Assembly (NCBI GenBank): GCA_051362555.1
Contig: CM120641.1
Location: 32,246,401 to 32,310,400, forward strand
Direction: 5' to 3'
Origin: Lingula anatina
Lineage: Eukaryota; Animalia; Brachiopoda
Length of the DNA: 64,000 bases
In this document: in pieces, positions 63,834-64,000 of the stretch
Numbering within the stretch: the first letter of the stretch is position 1
Layout: each line of letters starts with the position of its first letter
The notes under the pieces: model-generated
What the model saw: only the letters and a program-made list of their open reading frames with translations
Database searches by the model: none
Told to the model about the DNA's origin: nothing
Position numbers and translations under genes: made by a program

Positions 63834-64000
63834 GGTTGTCAAAGATTATTACAGATTTCTTGGGGGGTTCGGTATTTGTGAATTTCTCGTGCGGTGAAAC
63901 TTTTTTGTCGTTTTTTTCGTTTGTTCAGTTAGTCAAACTATTTTTTAAAAAAGTGTCTCTTTTCTTACGGTCTTTGTGAAACGTTGTAGCCTCCTTCGGT

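Noticed and set aside
63141-63979. Several + strand ORFs overlapping the aquaporin
   Set aside because: Antisense shadows of a GC-rich coding exon.

Overview
AT-rich (about one-third GC), intron-containing eukaryotic DNA, probably from a marine invertebrate (inferred from repeat types and gene content). Conventional genes sit at both edges: a 5'-incomplete CARD-NB-ARC-TPR (STAND/NLR-like) gene at 1-3249 (+) and a 3-exon AQP4-like aquaporin at 62222-63833 (-). The middle ~50 kb is a patchwork. It holds a TATA-driven orphan gene with a ~260-nt 3'-UTR fold-back, a putative myristoylated microprotein gene, a CBM20 gene built from phase-1 micro-exons, a stand-alone p190-type RhoGAP, orphaned 3' ends of SLC38A9 and MOV10 (the latter disabled), a spliced repeat-built lncRNA-like unit, and many TEs (Tc1, L2-like LINEs, MITEs, Helentron-type HINEs). 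The main observation: one terminal inverted repeat of a GGCCAC-ended DNA transposon is cut in two (34149-34169 and 58958-58971). The ~24.8 kb between the halves has textbook Helentron/HINE termini, so it looks like a giant cargo-carrying rolling-circle element, possibly nested in a larger TTA-flanked composite transposon (8652-58971). All calls come from manual reading and translation; no searches were run.
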